The position numbers and the translations under genes are program-made. The notes under the pieces are model-generated. The model saw only the letters and a list, made by a program, of their open reading frames with translations, did no database searches and had not been told where the DNA came from. Of a DNA stretch of 64,000 nucleotides, positions 1-25,918 are shown piece after piece. Source of the DNA: Chrysomallon squamiferum (Eukaryota; Animalia; Mollusca); contig CM022668.1 in assembly GCA_012295275.1 (NCBI GenBank), positions 5,766,001 to 5,830,000 of the forward strand, in the 5' to 3' direction. Each line of letters begins with the position of its first letter. Position 1 is the first letter of the stretch.

Positions 1-4980
<4,980 letters not shown>

Positions 4981-5766
4981 ATCTTCCTTTCTTTTCCTTC
5001 TTTCCTTCTTTCTATCTTTCTTTCTATCTTTCTTTTTCTTTCTTTCTGTCTTTCTATCCACAATATTTAGCTTCATGAAAATATTATATACAACATCTTT
5101 CTTTCTTTTCTTTGTTTCCTTCTTTCTATCTTTCTATCTCTCTTTTTTCTTTCTTTCTGTCTTTCTATCCACACCATTTAGCTTCACTGTCTCACTGTCC
5201 ATCCTTCTTTCCGTCTGTCCTTCCTTGCTAACTACAACATTTCCCACACTCTGCACTGAATGACGTATGTGCGTCTGTGATTATGTACAATCACCCGTTA
5301 TTTCTACTTGAGCGTATCCACTTTTATCAGATCATTCATAAGAAATTTATTGTCAGTATCTACAACTGTCAGTCACCCCGTGAACAAAGAACAGGGGAAA
5401 AGTCGAGCAGTAAAATATTCACATTTAGGTGTGTGAGTGTGAGAGTCTACGTTTTTGTGTTTAACTGTACGTGTTTGTTACCGTTTGTGTTATTTAAATG
5501 AAAGTACTGTTAAATTCTGGTGTTTAATCTTTCTTCTTTTATTTTTTTTTTTTCTATCTTTGATTTAGTTAATTTGTTTCTTTTATTTTTTGATTCTTTA
5601 TATTTTCTTTTAATTTATTTTTTTTTCTTAAAAACTTTTCTCTCTCTCTCTCTGTTTGATCTTTCTTTCGTTCTTTATTTCCTTTTATTCATTCTTTTTT
5701 TCTTTTTGTTAATTTGATTTTTTTTTCTAGTTTCTGTTCTTTGTTCTTTTCTTTTATTGTTCTCTT

Positions 5767-5815
<49 letters not shown>

Positions 5816-6165
5816 TTACTAATACTACTGCTATTATTACTGTTATTATTTTATTATTATTTTTGTTGCTATGTTTGTTATTATTCGCGTTTTTTTTCTT
5901 CTGTTCCATTGTTGTTGTTTTTTCTGTCTTTCTCTTTTCCATCTTTCGCTAACGTAAAAAAAACATTTTCTCAAGAAAATAAATATTCGTATTTTTAGCA
6001 CAATAGACAAATCATAGTTTTGTCTTTGCTAGAAATCTTGTATCAAGACCCGTTGCTCTTGGCAACCACACAAACGTAGAAACTATGTAAGTAACTGTTA
6101 TCTACAGCACTCATAAACGTCATGCTCAGAATTCTTCCTCCCTGACACATGAGAGGTGGGCAGGG

Positions 6166-10632
<4,467 letters not shown>

Positions 10633-11567
10633 TTTCATCTTTCTTTCTTTTTTTTTTCTTTCTTTCTTTTTCTTTTTAGCTTTCAGCATTTTTCTTTCTT
10701 TCTTTCTCTTTCTTTCTTTCTCTCCAGTCCATCCAGCTTCAGGAAGATGTTATATACATTTATTACTTCACTAAACACGAGTTTACTTCTGAATTCGAAA
10801 TGAAAGACGCCATCAAGTCTTTTCATAATTTTATCACGCATCTGTTTTAGACGTATCTGTTTCAGAGGTGGTTTTTTAATAGCGAAATATTGGGTCACGT
10901 CTTGTTATGCCACCCGATATCACTGTTCTGCTGCCCACGTAGTTGTTCTGAATGTCACACCAGATTTCCGCTTCACTGAATTTACGAGGGTCTTATGCTG
11001 TCGCAATTTCATGACGCTGTATTCACACACGTATACACACCAATCCAACCATGACAGTACGCTTTGATAAAAATCTGTTCGTAACCAGTTATACAGAAAA
11101 AACGATAACAAAATGTCCAACCAACCAAAACCGGTTTCATACCTGCATTTCATTAGCTGGGTGTGTTAAGTCTTTAAACATGAAGGGGATGGGAAAGTCA
11201 GAGACGGAGAGAGATTTTCAAGCTCAAACGGTCGGTTCTGTTCTTGTTCTGAAGCCGGATCATCTTGTATATCTGGTTAGTTAACCTTCGTACATCGTAA
11301 TTACAGGAAAACAAACTGCAGTTACCTGCCCTTGGGCGATCCGGGTCTTTTTATCTCGAGCAGATGGTCTGGTTTCCGCTTGACAAGTTTGAGATGTTTT
11401 CAAGTATTCAGTCTTGCTAGGAATGCTGTACAGGAGTACTAGGGCCAAATGTGAATCCTCTGTATTAGAAAGAAACGTCTAATACAAGACACCTGTAAAA
11501 AAAATATATATATATGTATATAATTATATGTGTACTCGTCTATATAATATGTATGTTAACACACACA

Positions 11568-11611
<44 letters not shown>

Positions 11612-11724
11612 CACATCTAAACATACATATATGCATTTTCAAGGATATTAAATCTAAATTATTGCTTCATTCGGATAAAATATATTTTGAAAGCCATAAT
11701 AACAGAAAACAAAGATACAAACAG

Positions 11725-11784
<60 letters not shown>

Positions 11785-11790
11785 ATACAG

Positions 11791-11829
<39 letters not shown>

Positions 11830-11963
11830 ACTGTGCATATATAATTATTGATTAATGCTGCTATACAAATATTTTATCGCTCAGTATATATCGAAGATGC
11901 ACACCCACCCCTCCTGTTTTTCTTTCTCTTTTTAAATTGTTGTTTTATTTTTTTTTCCTTTGA

Positions 11964-11997
<34 letters not shown>

Positions 11998-12745
11998 CTC
12001 GAACATTTAAGTAGGTTAATCTAACTAGACATTTCTTGTCTGTCAAAATCTGACATGTAACTCTTTGCCTGAACAAACACGATACAGGATCATTAACTGT
12101 GTAAACAGACCACTGTAAATAACGGACAAGGACCGCGGTTTCATCTTATGATGGATGTAAGATTTATTTTACATAGATGTGGCACAGAACTTTATTGGGT
12201 TTTTTTTTTTTTTTTTGGTTTTGTTTTTCTTGTTGTTGTAAAGTATGAGTTGATGAGCAGCTTTCAGAACGGGAAGCGATGGAGATGTAAATATTTATAT
12301 ACGTAGATTAAAAACGTAATTAATTAAATAAGTAAAATAAAATGAAATTAAATATAAGTGCAGTGAAATGCTATTCATAATACTGTTTAATAATAATAAT
12401 AATAATAAAAAACATGAAGCAATACGGCGTCTTCCGCAATCCTAGATTACGTCACAATTGCAATGACGTAATATAGAAACGTACCCTGTTTCCACGTAAC
12501 ATTCTCTGCTTTTAATACAGTTACCAACGTCGTGATATGCCAGCGATTGACTTAAAATTTGTATCAAAGGTTAAGTGGCATCTGAACCACATCATGAAAA
12601 GGGTAAACCGTTTATATGGTTCGCTAGAAGTGAGGTACTTACAGTTTGCTTACGAAATGCCAGGCGGTTCTAAAGCATGTTAAAAGGAACGGGACTAATG
12701 TGGCGAGTTTGCAATTTCATTGTTATCTCAGTTATTTATATTTAG

Positions 12746-12834
<89 letters not shown>

Positions 12835-12881
12835 TGTTATTTTTACTTTATTATTTGTGTGTTTATTGCCTGTCATTTATT

Positions 12882-12941
<60 letters not shown>

Positions 12942-15292
12942 GACTTCTAATAATACTATTACTACAACCATTGCCATCATCATTATAAAGAAAGAAAGAA
13001 AGAAAGAAACAAACAAACAAACAATCAAACAAACAAATAAATAAATAACCAATGAAAGAAAGAAATAGTTAAACTAAAGAATAAATCAAATACCCAAGAA
13101 ATTCGGCAATTTTCGGACAAATTCCGATTCGAAAGGGTAAAAACCCCAAAACAAACAAACAACAACCAAAACACAAAAAAAAAAAAAACCCACCAAAGCT
13201 AATCACCATAACTGACTGTAAAATAATGATGTACATTTCTCAACACAACGACTGACTCTTTTTAACCCGTATTACTATGAAAGGCTAGAGGTTATTGGGT
13301 TAAGTTTGGGTCATAAGGTCAAGCCGGTGTCATTAGGTGACCTTTGAAATACTGGCTGGAAAATTCTTTTTTACATTTTCATGTCAGGAGAAAACTAATG
13401 TACTGTGAGACCCTTTTTCAACGAAGGCAATTTCACAACACTTTCTGGCTCTTAATAATATAGATCAAGTCAGGTTTTGCAAAACTATGTTTGTTATTTT
13501 GTATGATAAATTATTATATATATATTATGATAATTTATAAGCTCTGGAATGTTAAATATTTTTCTTGGCCTGTTTTGATAATGTTGAAGAGAATGCTTTA
13601 TGCAAGATTATTAAATATGACATGATATAATAACATTAACAACAACAACAACAACAACAACAACAATAATAATATAACAATATGTGTATGATGATATAAT
13701 GTAGTATAACATATTATAGTTCAGCATATGTTAATATAATGTAACAAAACAACAATACAATACAATACGATATAATGAAATACAATACAATACAATATAA
13801 TGAAATACAATACAAATCAACACAATACAATATAACATAATATAATATAACTTAACATTAATTATATCTTCACTTTGTATTTAAATATCGAAGTGTTCTG
13901 CTTTTATCGGTTACTTTGTCCTTAAACATCTTTTTTCCTTCACCTTTTTTCTTTCCCTTTCCCGCGTGTGGTGACTTCTGCTTAAACACTTCATGTTCAT
14001 GCATCATTAAACAAAACATGTCTGTACCCCGCCCACCGTTATCTTCGTGTAGTAGTTGTAAGTGGACACGAACTCCATACCTCCCGCCTCTTAGCCCGAT
14101 AGCGAGATCACGTGACACTGATAGCAGACGATCTAGCGTCTGGCGTGTGGTTTGTGTAAATGTTTTACAAGAAAGAACGTGCTTACAAAAATGTATAATG
14201 ACTAAAGTAATTTTATCCAAATTAATGACTAATAAACAATGATTAAAATTATTATATCTAAATTAATCACTAATAGTAATTATTAAAATTATTATATGCA
14301 AATTAATCGTTAAAGACTATCTGTGGAGATGCTAATAACAAATTCATATATAATATTTATTTCGTTCAGGATAATATTGTATTGTTGTTGTCAATCATAA
14401 TAAAGTACGACATAAAATAATACGTTTAATAACACTTTCATAACTGGAGTTGTGACGTCATAGCATACGTAGCTGTATTTTTTTTTTTTTCTGACAAAGC
14501 TGTATGGAAAATCGGCCCATTTCTACCCCTTCACAAAAATGTCTGTGTGTAGATATAGATTTTTCATATTTCTTTATGCTATCAGATTATTGTTGTTATT
14601 AATTAATACTAGATGGCTAAAAAGTCAAACAATGCATAACTTGGAAATATTCAGAGTATACTTTGATTGCTTCTTCGTATAGCAGAATGTAATATTCATT
14701 ATCTACCTTCCCATGGTCAGGAAAACATACGGAGCACTGGCTGGATTGGAAAGTAAATTTATGGGTGGGTTGAAACACTTGTACTAACGTGGTCAGTCAA
14801 CAGCGTTTACGTATGTCTATGAGAAGGCTGATAAAAAAGTATTTTTTGTTGCTAATCAAAAACAAATGTTGTAACTCTTCGTGTTTCCTTTCTCATTAAT
14901 TTTATAATTCTCAGCTCTTTTTGAAGCTTTATAACGGTAGATTAAAACTTTGTGAGTGTCTCCGTATACACACATACACGAAAACGCGCGCGCTCGCACG
15001 CAGGCCCACACACACACACACGGGAACGTACACACTTTGTTTTTTCTTTCTCTTTTGTTTACACAGTATTGGAAAGCAATGAAATAAAGCACCTGACTTC
15101 AAGTGGTCGTGTTTTTCAAGTCAGCCTGGAAAATCTGGCTGTGTCAGTAATTAACCCTAACGTGACCGCTTTGGGTCATTTGTTACAGAGGTCGAAATGC
15201 CCAGTTTTCATTCACAGACATGTACAGAGCTTTTTGACTTCTGTGAAAGGTTTCTAGTCATGTAAGGTGACGTTGTAAAGCGACAAAGTGGG

Positions 15293-15376
<84 letters not shown>

Positions 15377-15449
15377 TTACATAGATAGTTAAATGAATAT
15401 AGAGAGGGAGGCAGAGAGAGAGAGTTAGTTGGATGGACAGATAATGGAC

Positions 15450-15528
<79 letters not shown>

Positions 15529-15844
15529 AAGACAGAGAGGATGGAAAAGACAAACAGATAGATAAAAAGAAATGAGAGATAAATCAAGACCGACATACGT
15601 AGGCAAATAGGATGGAAAATGTTCAGAATCACTGAAATAAAACAAAATCAAGACCGACGTAAAAAATATTAAAAATACCACAAAAACAAATAGAAAGAAA
15701 GAAAAATACCCTCAAACAACAAACAACAAACAACAAAAACAAAACAGCTATACAGTTATATCTATGATAACCTCAAAGTAAATAAAAAACTGAACAAACA
15801 AGCATCAGTTAGTCTAGAGATCGTCTGAACGGCGTTATGAACTG
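15450..15844 (-). repeat. Inverted diverged copy of the ~970-1400 insert
   Basis: agcatcagttagtctagagatcgtctgaac (~15801-15830) and aggcaaataggatggaaaatgttcagaatcactgaaataa (15601-15640) are reverse complements of sequence at ~990-1020 and ~1195-1235. Confidence 0.85.
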
Positions 15845-16153
15845 TTCTGACGGTGAGGCGTTTTGACTACAGAATATTTAATGAAACATCTCATTGTTGA
15901 CGAATGTTTTTATTAATTCCATTCTCAGCTTGACGTCATAACAGGAATACAAAAATACTTCACATTTTATCTCACGCATAGACTAAATGATAATAATACA
16001 ACAAGAGGAACATTTCAGATATTTAATAACAGCAGTGGCATTTGCATTGGCTGAATAACCCGGATGATTTGTTCTGAAATCTGAATATGTCGAGTATGTG
16101 TGATCTAGCGCTTATTGAAGATTTAAGTGATTTGTTAATTATTTACTTATTCA

Positions 16154-16261
<108 letters not shown>

Positions 16262-16803
16262 CCTCCCTCCCTCCCTTTCTCTCTGTTTCTCTGTGTCTTT
16301 GTCTCTCTCTGTGCGTGTGTGTCTGTGTGTTGTGTGTTATTCCTAGAAAGGAAATTGTTTTTGGAATCTGCAGTCCATCAAGTGTATAACATGTTGTGTT
16401 CAGAACACGAATATTAACGTTAAGCGTTTTATCATTTCATCTTGTATTTGTCACTATCTGTCTAATCTATCAGTGTGTCCATCTCTGTCTGTCTCTCTGC
16501 CCGTCAGTCTGTCTGTCTGTCTGTCTGTCTGGTTTTTGCCGAAATCGTTTGCTTGGTATTCTTTTGTTTTGTGTTCTCCTATTAATAATAACATCATCAT
16601 TGTCATCATCATTGTTGTTGTTATTGATGCTATTATTGTCTTTGTTATCATTACTGTTGTTATTATTGTTATTATTACTGTTGTTGTTATTATTATATTA
16701 TTTTATTTTTATGCATTCCTATTTCCAACCACTTTCATCCTTTTTCATTCCTTCTTCATTGTGTCTTTTATTTTATAATAGCATATCAAATATTATTATC
16801 CAC

Positions 16804-16950
<147 letters not shown>

Positions 16951-17402
16951 AAATAATTTTCCTGATGTCATGCTACTCGAGTATATCAATCTAGATCGAG
17001 AAACTTCAGCAATAATTTATTACACGAGCTTTTCTTTTTTTGCTCAGTATACTCTCTGTTATTTCTTTATACCGACCTACGCACATAATTAAATATTAAT
17101 GTTTTATGACGCGCCAATGATTCATGTTTCTGCACTGAACATTTGCAGTTGGGCAAAGTAAAAACGATTTATAAAAGCATACAGATAAATACATGTGTTA
17201 CAAAGACAAGGTCGCTGGTTTTTGCAGTAATGGGATTTAAAATTGCGAAGTTAAATGTGAATAGAAATAAAGTTCTTTTTGATATATTTGACCCAGAACG
17301 TCACAGACTTAATTATATACGTATCCATGCGTACATATATATGTGTGTATTTGTGTGTGTGTGTGTCTATATTACAGAAATACACAGATACACACACACA
17401 CA

Positions 17403-17492
<90 letters not shown>

Positions 17493-18010
17493 CTCTCTCT
17501 CTCTCTAACAGCATGCACTGTGTTCTTGGCTGGCTTTAGAAAACACACTTTACTAAGACAATATTGTGATAAACACGATAGATCGAACACGTGTTCGTGG
17601 TTTCTAGGCTACACGCGTATTTACTTAATGATATTTGTTTGCAGAACGTAGATAACTGAACTTAACACAAAACAGAGTAAAGAAAGCGATAAACACGATA
17701 GATCTCTGCGTGTGTCTGTGTGTTTGTCTGTGAATGTGTGCGAATGTGTGTATATGCATGTTTGAGAGAGAGAACATAGATAGAGACTTAACACAAAAAC
17801 AGAGGAAAGAAAGTGAGAGAGACAGGAAGAAAAAGGGAGAGAAGATAGCGAGAAGATTTATTATTTGTCGTAATTTTATTATTAGTTAATATTCCGTCTG
17901 GTTTAACGTAGACATATATTCTAAAATCTGTCTATCCTTTTCATTATTAATTAATTAATTTCTTTGTTTCTTTATTAATTAATCATTCATTGGTTGATTT
18001 TTGTTTATTT

Positions 18011-18097
<87 letters not shown>

Positions 18098-18796
18098 CCT
18101 ATCTGTACATCTGTCTATCTGTATGTTTATCTGTCTCTCTGTGTGTCTGTCCACCCTACTGATTGTAGATTAAAACTGTAATATTTAACATCTGTGTGTT
18201 ACAAACACACGACATAAACGTAAAGTAGACAGAAATCACGTGTGTTGTCATTACAGATATTTCCTGTTACTTAATTTTCCAGTCACAACAAACTGAAAGC
18301 AATATATAATAACCACATGTCTAAAAGTCTAGTTGAGTAAGTTCAGGGGCGGGGAAAAAAAAAAGAAAAAGGGTGGAGCTTAATTTTTACACAGTTGGTT
18401 ATACAGTGAAAACAAATATTCTAATTAATTCGACGATATTACGTCATCAGGACAAAGAGACATTTGACATCCCCTGTGGCCATTATGGACTCGTCCTAGT
18501 TACGTCATTTTTGACTGTGGACAAAATAAAGTTTTAAATCTAAATTCAAAGTCGCGGACCTCGGTGTAAGCTTTGTATACACAGAGTTTGTGTTGGTGTA
18601 AAAGAGACTGTAGTCTATAACCTCTTGTGTACTGTCGTGTTGGATCTTAAATAGATATCACGAAGTAATAAATAAACAAACAAACAGACAAACAAACACA
18701 TAAATAGATAAATAAACTGATAATTAAATAAAGAACAACAACAACAAAAAAAAAAAAAAAAAGAAATAAAAAAAAATAATAAGTCAATAAACCAAA

Positions 18797-18851
<55 letters not shown>

Positions 18852-19375
18852 ATCAGTCTATAGATAACAAACATTTAAACTTATAATATCACGAAATTTC
18901 CCCTTCCAACTTTGAATCCAAAAGTTGGTCGAAAGAAGATGATGACATCTCTGCTGATGTCTTTGGAACCGCTCTGTTTGTGGGTGTAAGTGTATGCAAG
19001 AAAAAAATGTCCAGATTAGAAGTCAGAGAGTGCAGAAGCATTGGATTACAAGTGACATTGGATTTAGTTTTGGATAAGGTAATAAGTTAATGAAGCATGG
19101 AATTCTGTTGGCGATCACTAAAACAGAAACGGGTGTGAACCATTTTGCCGATCTACATCGCGTGGTGCGCAATTTCAAAGCGGTTCGTGATTGCAAATTT
19201 GAGCTTATCGTGCAAGTTAAATGCGTGGGGCTGGTTCAACGGTGCATGTGTTTTGTAATACATAAAAGTGCAGTGCCAACAATAGAACAGAACTACAACA
19301 ATAGAACTACAACAACAACAATAATAATTGAAACATAAATGAATAGATAAATAAATAAATAAATAAATGAATGAA

Positions 19376-19414
<39 letters not shown>

Positions 19415-20515
19415 GAATATCAAAGTCCTGACTAACCTATGCAGAGATACAAATAAACTGTTCGTTTGCGATCATAAATATTACATAAATAATAATATTT
19501 TTCAAATCAAGTTTAACTGCGTTATCCTCTTTTCTCAATTTACTTGACATAACGGTTGTGACGTAATATTAAATTACACCTTTCAAAGCTGCTATTTATA
19601 GCACAGAAAAGCAATGGCTGCAATAGTGGCATTATTTTATCTGGCCTAATAATTAAATAATAGTTTTTTACTCGTATTAAATATTAACGTGCCTTCAACA
19701 CGTAAGAACCATGAAGAGCAGATCTTACGTTTGTGGTTTATTTTTGTTAACGTGATACAGCTCAAGTTCGTGCATGCGGAAATAATTATAATTATTACCT
19801 TTGATAGCCGAATGAACAAATTAAAAACGCCAAACACAACATGTGTAATGTGAGATTGAATCTTTAGAAGTCGTGTAATGTGAACATTTTAAAAACGTAT
19901 CTTTTTTTATTTTATTTCTGTCTGTCTGTCTGTCTTGCTGTCACGTAATATGTGGTTTTTTTTTTTCTCCTATTCTTTACTTTTTTGTTTTTGTCTCTTT
20001 TTCACTCGTTCCTCTCTCTTTTTGACGGGATGGGTAAGACATTATGATGAACATAATTACACAGAAAACAGAAAAATAAATAACGACTGAAATTATACGT
20101 TAATTCACGTCATGACTAACAGTAATAAAATTTACAAAACTGTTGTCGTCTGCTTTTCAAAAGCGTGTCTTTGTCTACTGCAGTTTTTGTGTTTTTTTTT
20201 TTTTTTTTGTGGACGAATTTGGGTGGGTTAAGTAAACTCTAAACAAATAAAGCGACGGTAACAATTATAGCACATATATAATTACATAATAGTTTGTTAA
20301 CGTAATAAGACCTGTCATTTATTATTTTTTTGTTGATTTAAAAATAGATAAAGTTTTGTCGACGTCCGCAGTAATTTTATTGTTGTTATTTTTTTTGTTT
20401 TTTTATTTTGCTGTTTCTTTCTTCTTATTTTAAAATTTATTTTTAATTTTATTTTTTATTTATTTATTTATTTTTATTTATTTATTCATTCATTCATCCA
20501 TTCACTAACGCTTCA

Positions 20516-20570
<55 letters not shown>

Positions 20571-21879
20571 TGTTTGTTTGTTTGTTTATTTATTTCGTTT
20601 CATTCTTTCTTTCCTCATCTTCTTTCTTTTCTGCAAGATTCACTTCATTCCTCCCTTCCATATTTCTTCCATCGATCATTTATTAAAATGATCGTCTTTT
20701 TTTCCACTGTTCTTTTCTTTCTGTGTCGTTTAGTTGATGAAAACTGTCAAGATGCCGTCACCCACATTTTGTAATTTCATTTCTTTCTGCTCGAACACTA
20801 CAGAAATCCACTTAGGAAAATTATTTCTTGACTGAAGCAGTATGAGAGACAAATAACTGAACACGGTTCTGTCATTTAGTTTAAACGTATCAACTCGTTT
20901 GTGACAGTCGCAGATGATGCGGCAATGTCTAGAATGGGAAAAAATTAAAAATTAAAAAAAAAATAAATAAAGAAAAGTGAAATAAGGTAATTTTGCTTCT
21001 TATAAGTTAAATAAATTAGTTTAGAAATAAATGTCTTGGTTCAGAAAGAGGCGGAAAAAAAAAATTATTAAAAAAAAAAAAAATAAAAATAAAAAATAAT
21101 GAAACAAATAATGAAAATAAAATAGCAATAATAATCTGTTCTTCCTTTTCTTCTTTTATATCTTCAAAACAGTAAATCTTTTATTCTTTTACTTTTTCAA
21201 AATCAGAATTATGAGTTAGGTAAGTTGCCAAATTTCGCTGACTGAGCATAGACGCGATTTTGTTTGCGCACAGATCATGAACAGATACGTATTTCTATAG
21301 GTATAACAATTAACACAGCTGTATGTAGTCCTTGTGTATGTTTGTATATGCATATGAACAAGTCACGTCAATGAGCTATGTATAACAACACTTTAAAAGC
21401 AGTTCATGTCATTGTGTTGATGTACAATCTTGTATTATCTACCTGTTTTATCTACCTGTTTTACACTTGAATGTGTGGGTGTCTACGTCTTTGTCTGCCT
21501 ACGTAGAGAGAAGTCTGATGTCTGAGTATAAATGTGAGAGAGATCTATTTCTGTCTGTATACTGTGAATATACATATGTGTGTACCAATCGGCCTAGGTC
21601 TGTATGTCTGTATGCGTCTCTTTGCGTGTGTCTGTCTGTATATATATATATGTATCTTTATATGAGATATTATCTCTCTCTATATATATGTGTGTGTCTC
21701 TCTCTCTCTCTCTTGTGTTTATATATATTTTCTATCTATCAATCTCTATCTATATATATATATGTGTGTGTATGTATGTATGTATGTATGTATATGTATG
21801 TATGTACACACACACACACATATATATAATACATATATACACATACACACACACACATTTGTTAAATATACATTTTGTG

Positions 21880-22239
21880 ACTAAGTATATATAAATAAAC
21901 AGATAACCTCTGTTGTTATAAATATATATTTTAATCTTCTACACACAAACACACACACACACACACACACACAAACACGCACAAACACAAACACGCCAGT
22001 AAACAAAGTACACTAGTGACTAAGAAGTAACTAAATAAGTAGATAACCTGTGTTGTTATAAATCAGATATTTTTAATCTCTTGCACGAAACGCACACTAC
22101 TCTATATTATACACACACACGCACACACACGCACACACAAACACGCCAGTAAACAAAGTACACTAGTGTCTAAGAAGTAACTAAATAAGTAGATAACCTC
22201 TGTTGTTATAAATCAGATATTTTTAATCTTCTGCACGAA

Positions 22240-22280
<41 letters not shown>

Positions 22281-22380
22281 CGCAAGTGAACAAAGTACAC
22301 TAGTGTCTAAGAAGTAACTAAATAAGTAGATAACCTGTGTTGTTATAAATCAGATATTTTTAATCTCCTGCACGAAACTC
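21880..22380 (+). repeat. Tandem repeat, ~140-bp unit with embedded (CA)n, about 3.5 copies
   Basis: agataacct(c/g)tgttgttataaat recurs at ~21901, 22041, 22191 and 22328. aacaaagtacactagtg recurs three times. Confidence 0.9.
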
Positions 22381-23045
22381 GATACGTTTTCTGCGGCGTC
22401 TGGCAGATATACATTTGCACGTGCTGGAATGCGCGCCGACTGTGTGTAATTATCTAGCATGTGTGCAAACTGGCGTTTCATTTCTCAAGTGTGAAATACA
22501 CGTGTATATTTACCGAGCACACACATTTTCTTCTCAAATTTCCTTCTTATCTCCGACAGTGAAATTAAGAAATACGTGTTTCTCATTTGTAAGAAAAATG
22601 TTTCATTCTAGTTTGAAAATTAATGTGTTTTTCTTTCTTTTATTGTTCTGGTATTCTTTCTCTCTCTCTTTTTCCCTCTCCCTCTGTCTGTCTCTTTCCT
22701 TCTTTCTCTCTCTGAGTCTCTCTCTTCTTCTTCCCTTCTCTCCTCTTAAAAAAGATTAACGGAATTGAGAGTTTACAGAAGATAATCAGGAGCAAATCTT
22801 GACTTTTTCTTTCAAAGATTTTATGTTCAAGATCTATGCGATATCCGAACGTTAGAAGAATGGAAATAAAAATTCAAATGTTTCGTTCTTTATTTGACAT
22901 TTACTAATTAGTTTATAATAATTAGGTAATAACAATAATAATATTTGTGGGTTTGTATTAATATCTGCACTGGCAATGACTACCCAAAAAATGGCGATTT
23001 GGAGTTAAATGAAAAAAATTTTAAAATATTTACAGAATGGAAAGT

Positions 23046-23144
<99 letters not shown>

Positions 23145-23160
23145 AAAAAATTAAATTATT

Positions 23161-23191
<31 letters not shown>

Positions 23192-23421
23192 AGTGATCAC
23201 TGCAAATCTTGACTTTAATTTTTATCGAGATTTACATTACCGTAATAGATGTTACATTCACTCCAACAACAACAGCTAGTACTATCACTATAATTACTAA
23301 CAGTACTGCTGTTACTATACTTTTATCATTATTACCACTACAGCTGCTATCATTATTATTGCTACTACACTAACAATGTTTGTACAACCTCCACTAGTGC
23401 GGCTACTACTACAATTAGTAT

Positions 23422-23517
<96 letters not shown>

Positions 23518-24160
23518 AAGACAGACACAAAACGTTAAACGTGCACTATTTTCAGCCTAAACACAAACTAGCTGAATGCGCCTTCCGTTATCTTTGACAA
23601 GGTCGTTAAGTCTTGATCGAACAGCTGCAAATTCTTTTTTTGTTTTTCTGGGGTTTTAAAAAAATCTTTTCCATGGGCCTCGTTTAACGAAATTCCAACA
23701 GACAATTCCCCTGTTGTTCATAATACCTTCTACACCCTGCAGAAGTGGAAATTAGATAAAATGAACTGAGTGTTACGATTCGAAATCTGCAAGTGAAGGC
23801 GTACGGAGCGCGTAGTAATAAAATATTAACAGCTTGTAATAATGAGACGTTTTTTTGCGCTGATTTTGCTAATTTCCATAACAAGACATTCTTGCCTTTA
23901 TCGCTAAATTACTTATATTAATTTTTTTAAAGGATCCAATCATGATATATCTCAATTCTGATAATTAACATGAAATCTCTACAGATTTTATTTTATTTAA
24001 TTTTTTTATATATATTTTACTTTTTTCGTTTTGATTCAGTATAGAATAGAGCCTAAATTTTTTATTTATTTATTTATTTTTTTTTTTTTTTTTTTTGTTC
24101 TGGGAATGTAAGGGAACGAGAATGGAAATAAAAAATAAATAAAATAAAGATAGAAAGATT

Positions 24161-24200
<40 letters not shown>

Positions 24201-25080
24201 GACGATTATAATAATAATCATCATAACAAAATAATAACAATGATGACAACAGCAGTAACAAAATAATAACATGATGACAACAGTTAACATAGCAGCAGAA
24301 GTACAGTTATAACGACGACGACGACAAACAACAATATAAAGCAGAAGGGAACAAAATAGAATAGAAAATAAATAACTAGCATTACTGTCATAAAAAAAAA
24401 AAAAAAAAAACTTGATGATACACAATGCACTCAACTCACACTTATACATTGTTTTAGTTTGTGCTATTTTTACACAACACATAGCAACACGTCACAAACG
24501 TGACTACGTCATTGGAAAGTTTCCAGAATAACTAATATACACACACTGACTTTGTTAGTATATACAACATGACGCGATACAGTTTGATAAATACAATATG
24601 CTCAGGGTATCGTGGTAAACAGGCGCCATGGTATATAATATAACATAATATAATATAATATAATATAATAATAATATAATATTGCGTAATGGAATAAAGA
24701 TATTACTGTTTTTACCGTAATGAAAAATGAAGAAAACAAACAAACAAACAAATAAATTGAAAATTAAATAATGAATAAAAAACAACAACAACAACTACGA
24801 CAGAACTCTTTGTAACTTTTCTCTTTTTCTGCCAATGATGCAGTTTTGTATTATTTTTATTTACATAAGTACTTCCTGAAAGCTGTTTCTATTCTTGATA
24901 TCATTAATGTATGTCGTTTCCTTAGCAACGAATCAGAGCAAAGAACTCCAATTAGGAAGACTTTCCGAAAAAAACAAACACTTCCTGTAATAAATAAATA
25001 AAAACATAAATAAATAAATAAATAAATTTAAAAATAGTCATTATATAAACTAGACTTTAGATTATCTATTTTATTTTGTT

Positions 25081-25115
<35 letters not shown>

Positions 25116-25583
25116 TTTTAATTTCTATATCCCGTTAAATTAATTCAGTTACTTACATATTTTTATAAACATCTATTTTGCTGAATTAAGATTTCTGTTC
25201 ACAACAAACCTGATTGTAAAACTGTGTCACGAAGCCACACAAAACACAATTCTTAGAAAACCTTTTATTATTATTTTATTTTTTTTTGATGATAAAACGA
25301 ATTTTATTTCGTTCCTTGTTAATGAATTTCAAAAATTAAAAATAAAGGAAAAAAATAAGAAAATATTTCCTGATTCACTTTATTATTAATCGATTCTCAT
25401 TTCACGTGAAAATTAGATATAAAATATAAAATGAAGAAATAAAGCAAAATATAAAAGAAGAAACGAAATAGAGTAATAATAAAAAGAGAATAAATGAAAT
25501 TAAGCAGCGTAATAAAATAATATTAATGAACGAAATGAAGTTATAAATAATTAAATAACCTTGACATTAATAATAATAATAAT

Positions 25584-25618
<35 letters not shown>

Positions 25619-25839
25619 GTAATAATAATAATAGTAGTAATAATAATAATAATATCAGTAGTCGTATAAATAAAATAATTTAATAATAAAATAATAATAA
25701 ATATCAGATCGAATAAAATAATTTAATAATAAAATAAGATAAAATAAAAATAAAAAAATTAATATTTAAGTAGTAGCATAGGTATGTAACAGTAATAGGA
25801 CTATTATTACTGATACAAATACTAAAAATAATAATACTC

Positions 25840-25918
<79 letters not shown>

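Noticed and set aside
18890-19270. Unique, moderately GC-rich patch with an 82-aa ORF
   Set aside because: No recognisable motif and no phase-1 donor compatible with exon A.
21880-22380. Repeat-spacer appearance resembling a CRISPR array
   Set aside because: Eukaryotic context, units of ~140 bp whose variable parts are just (CA)n tracts, and no cas genes.
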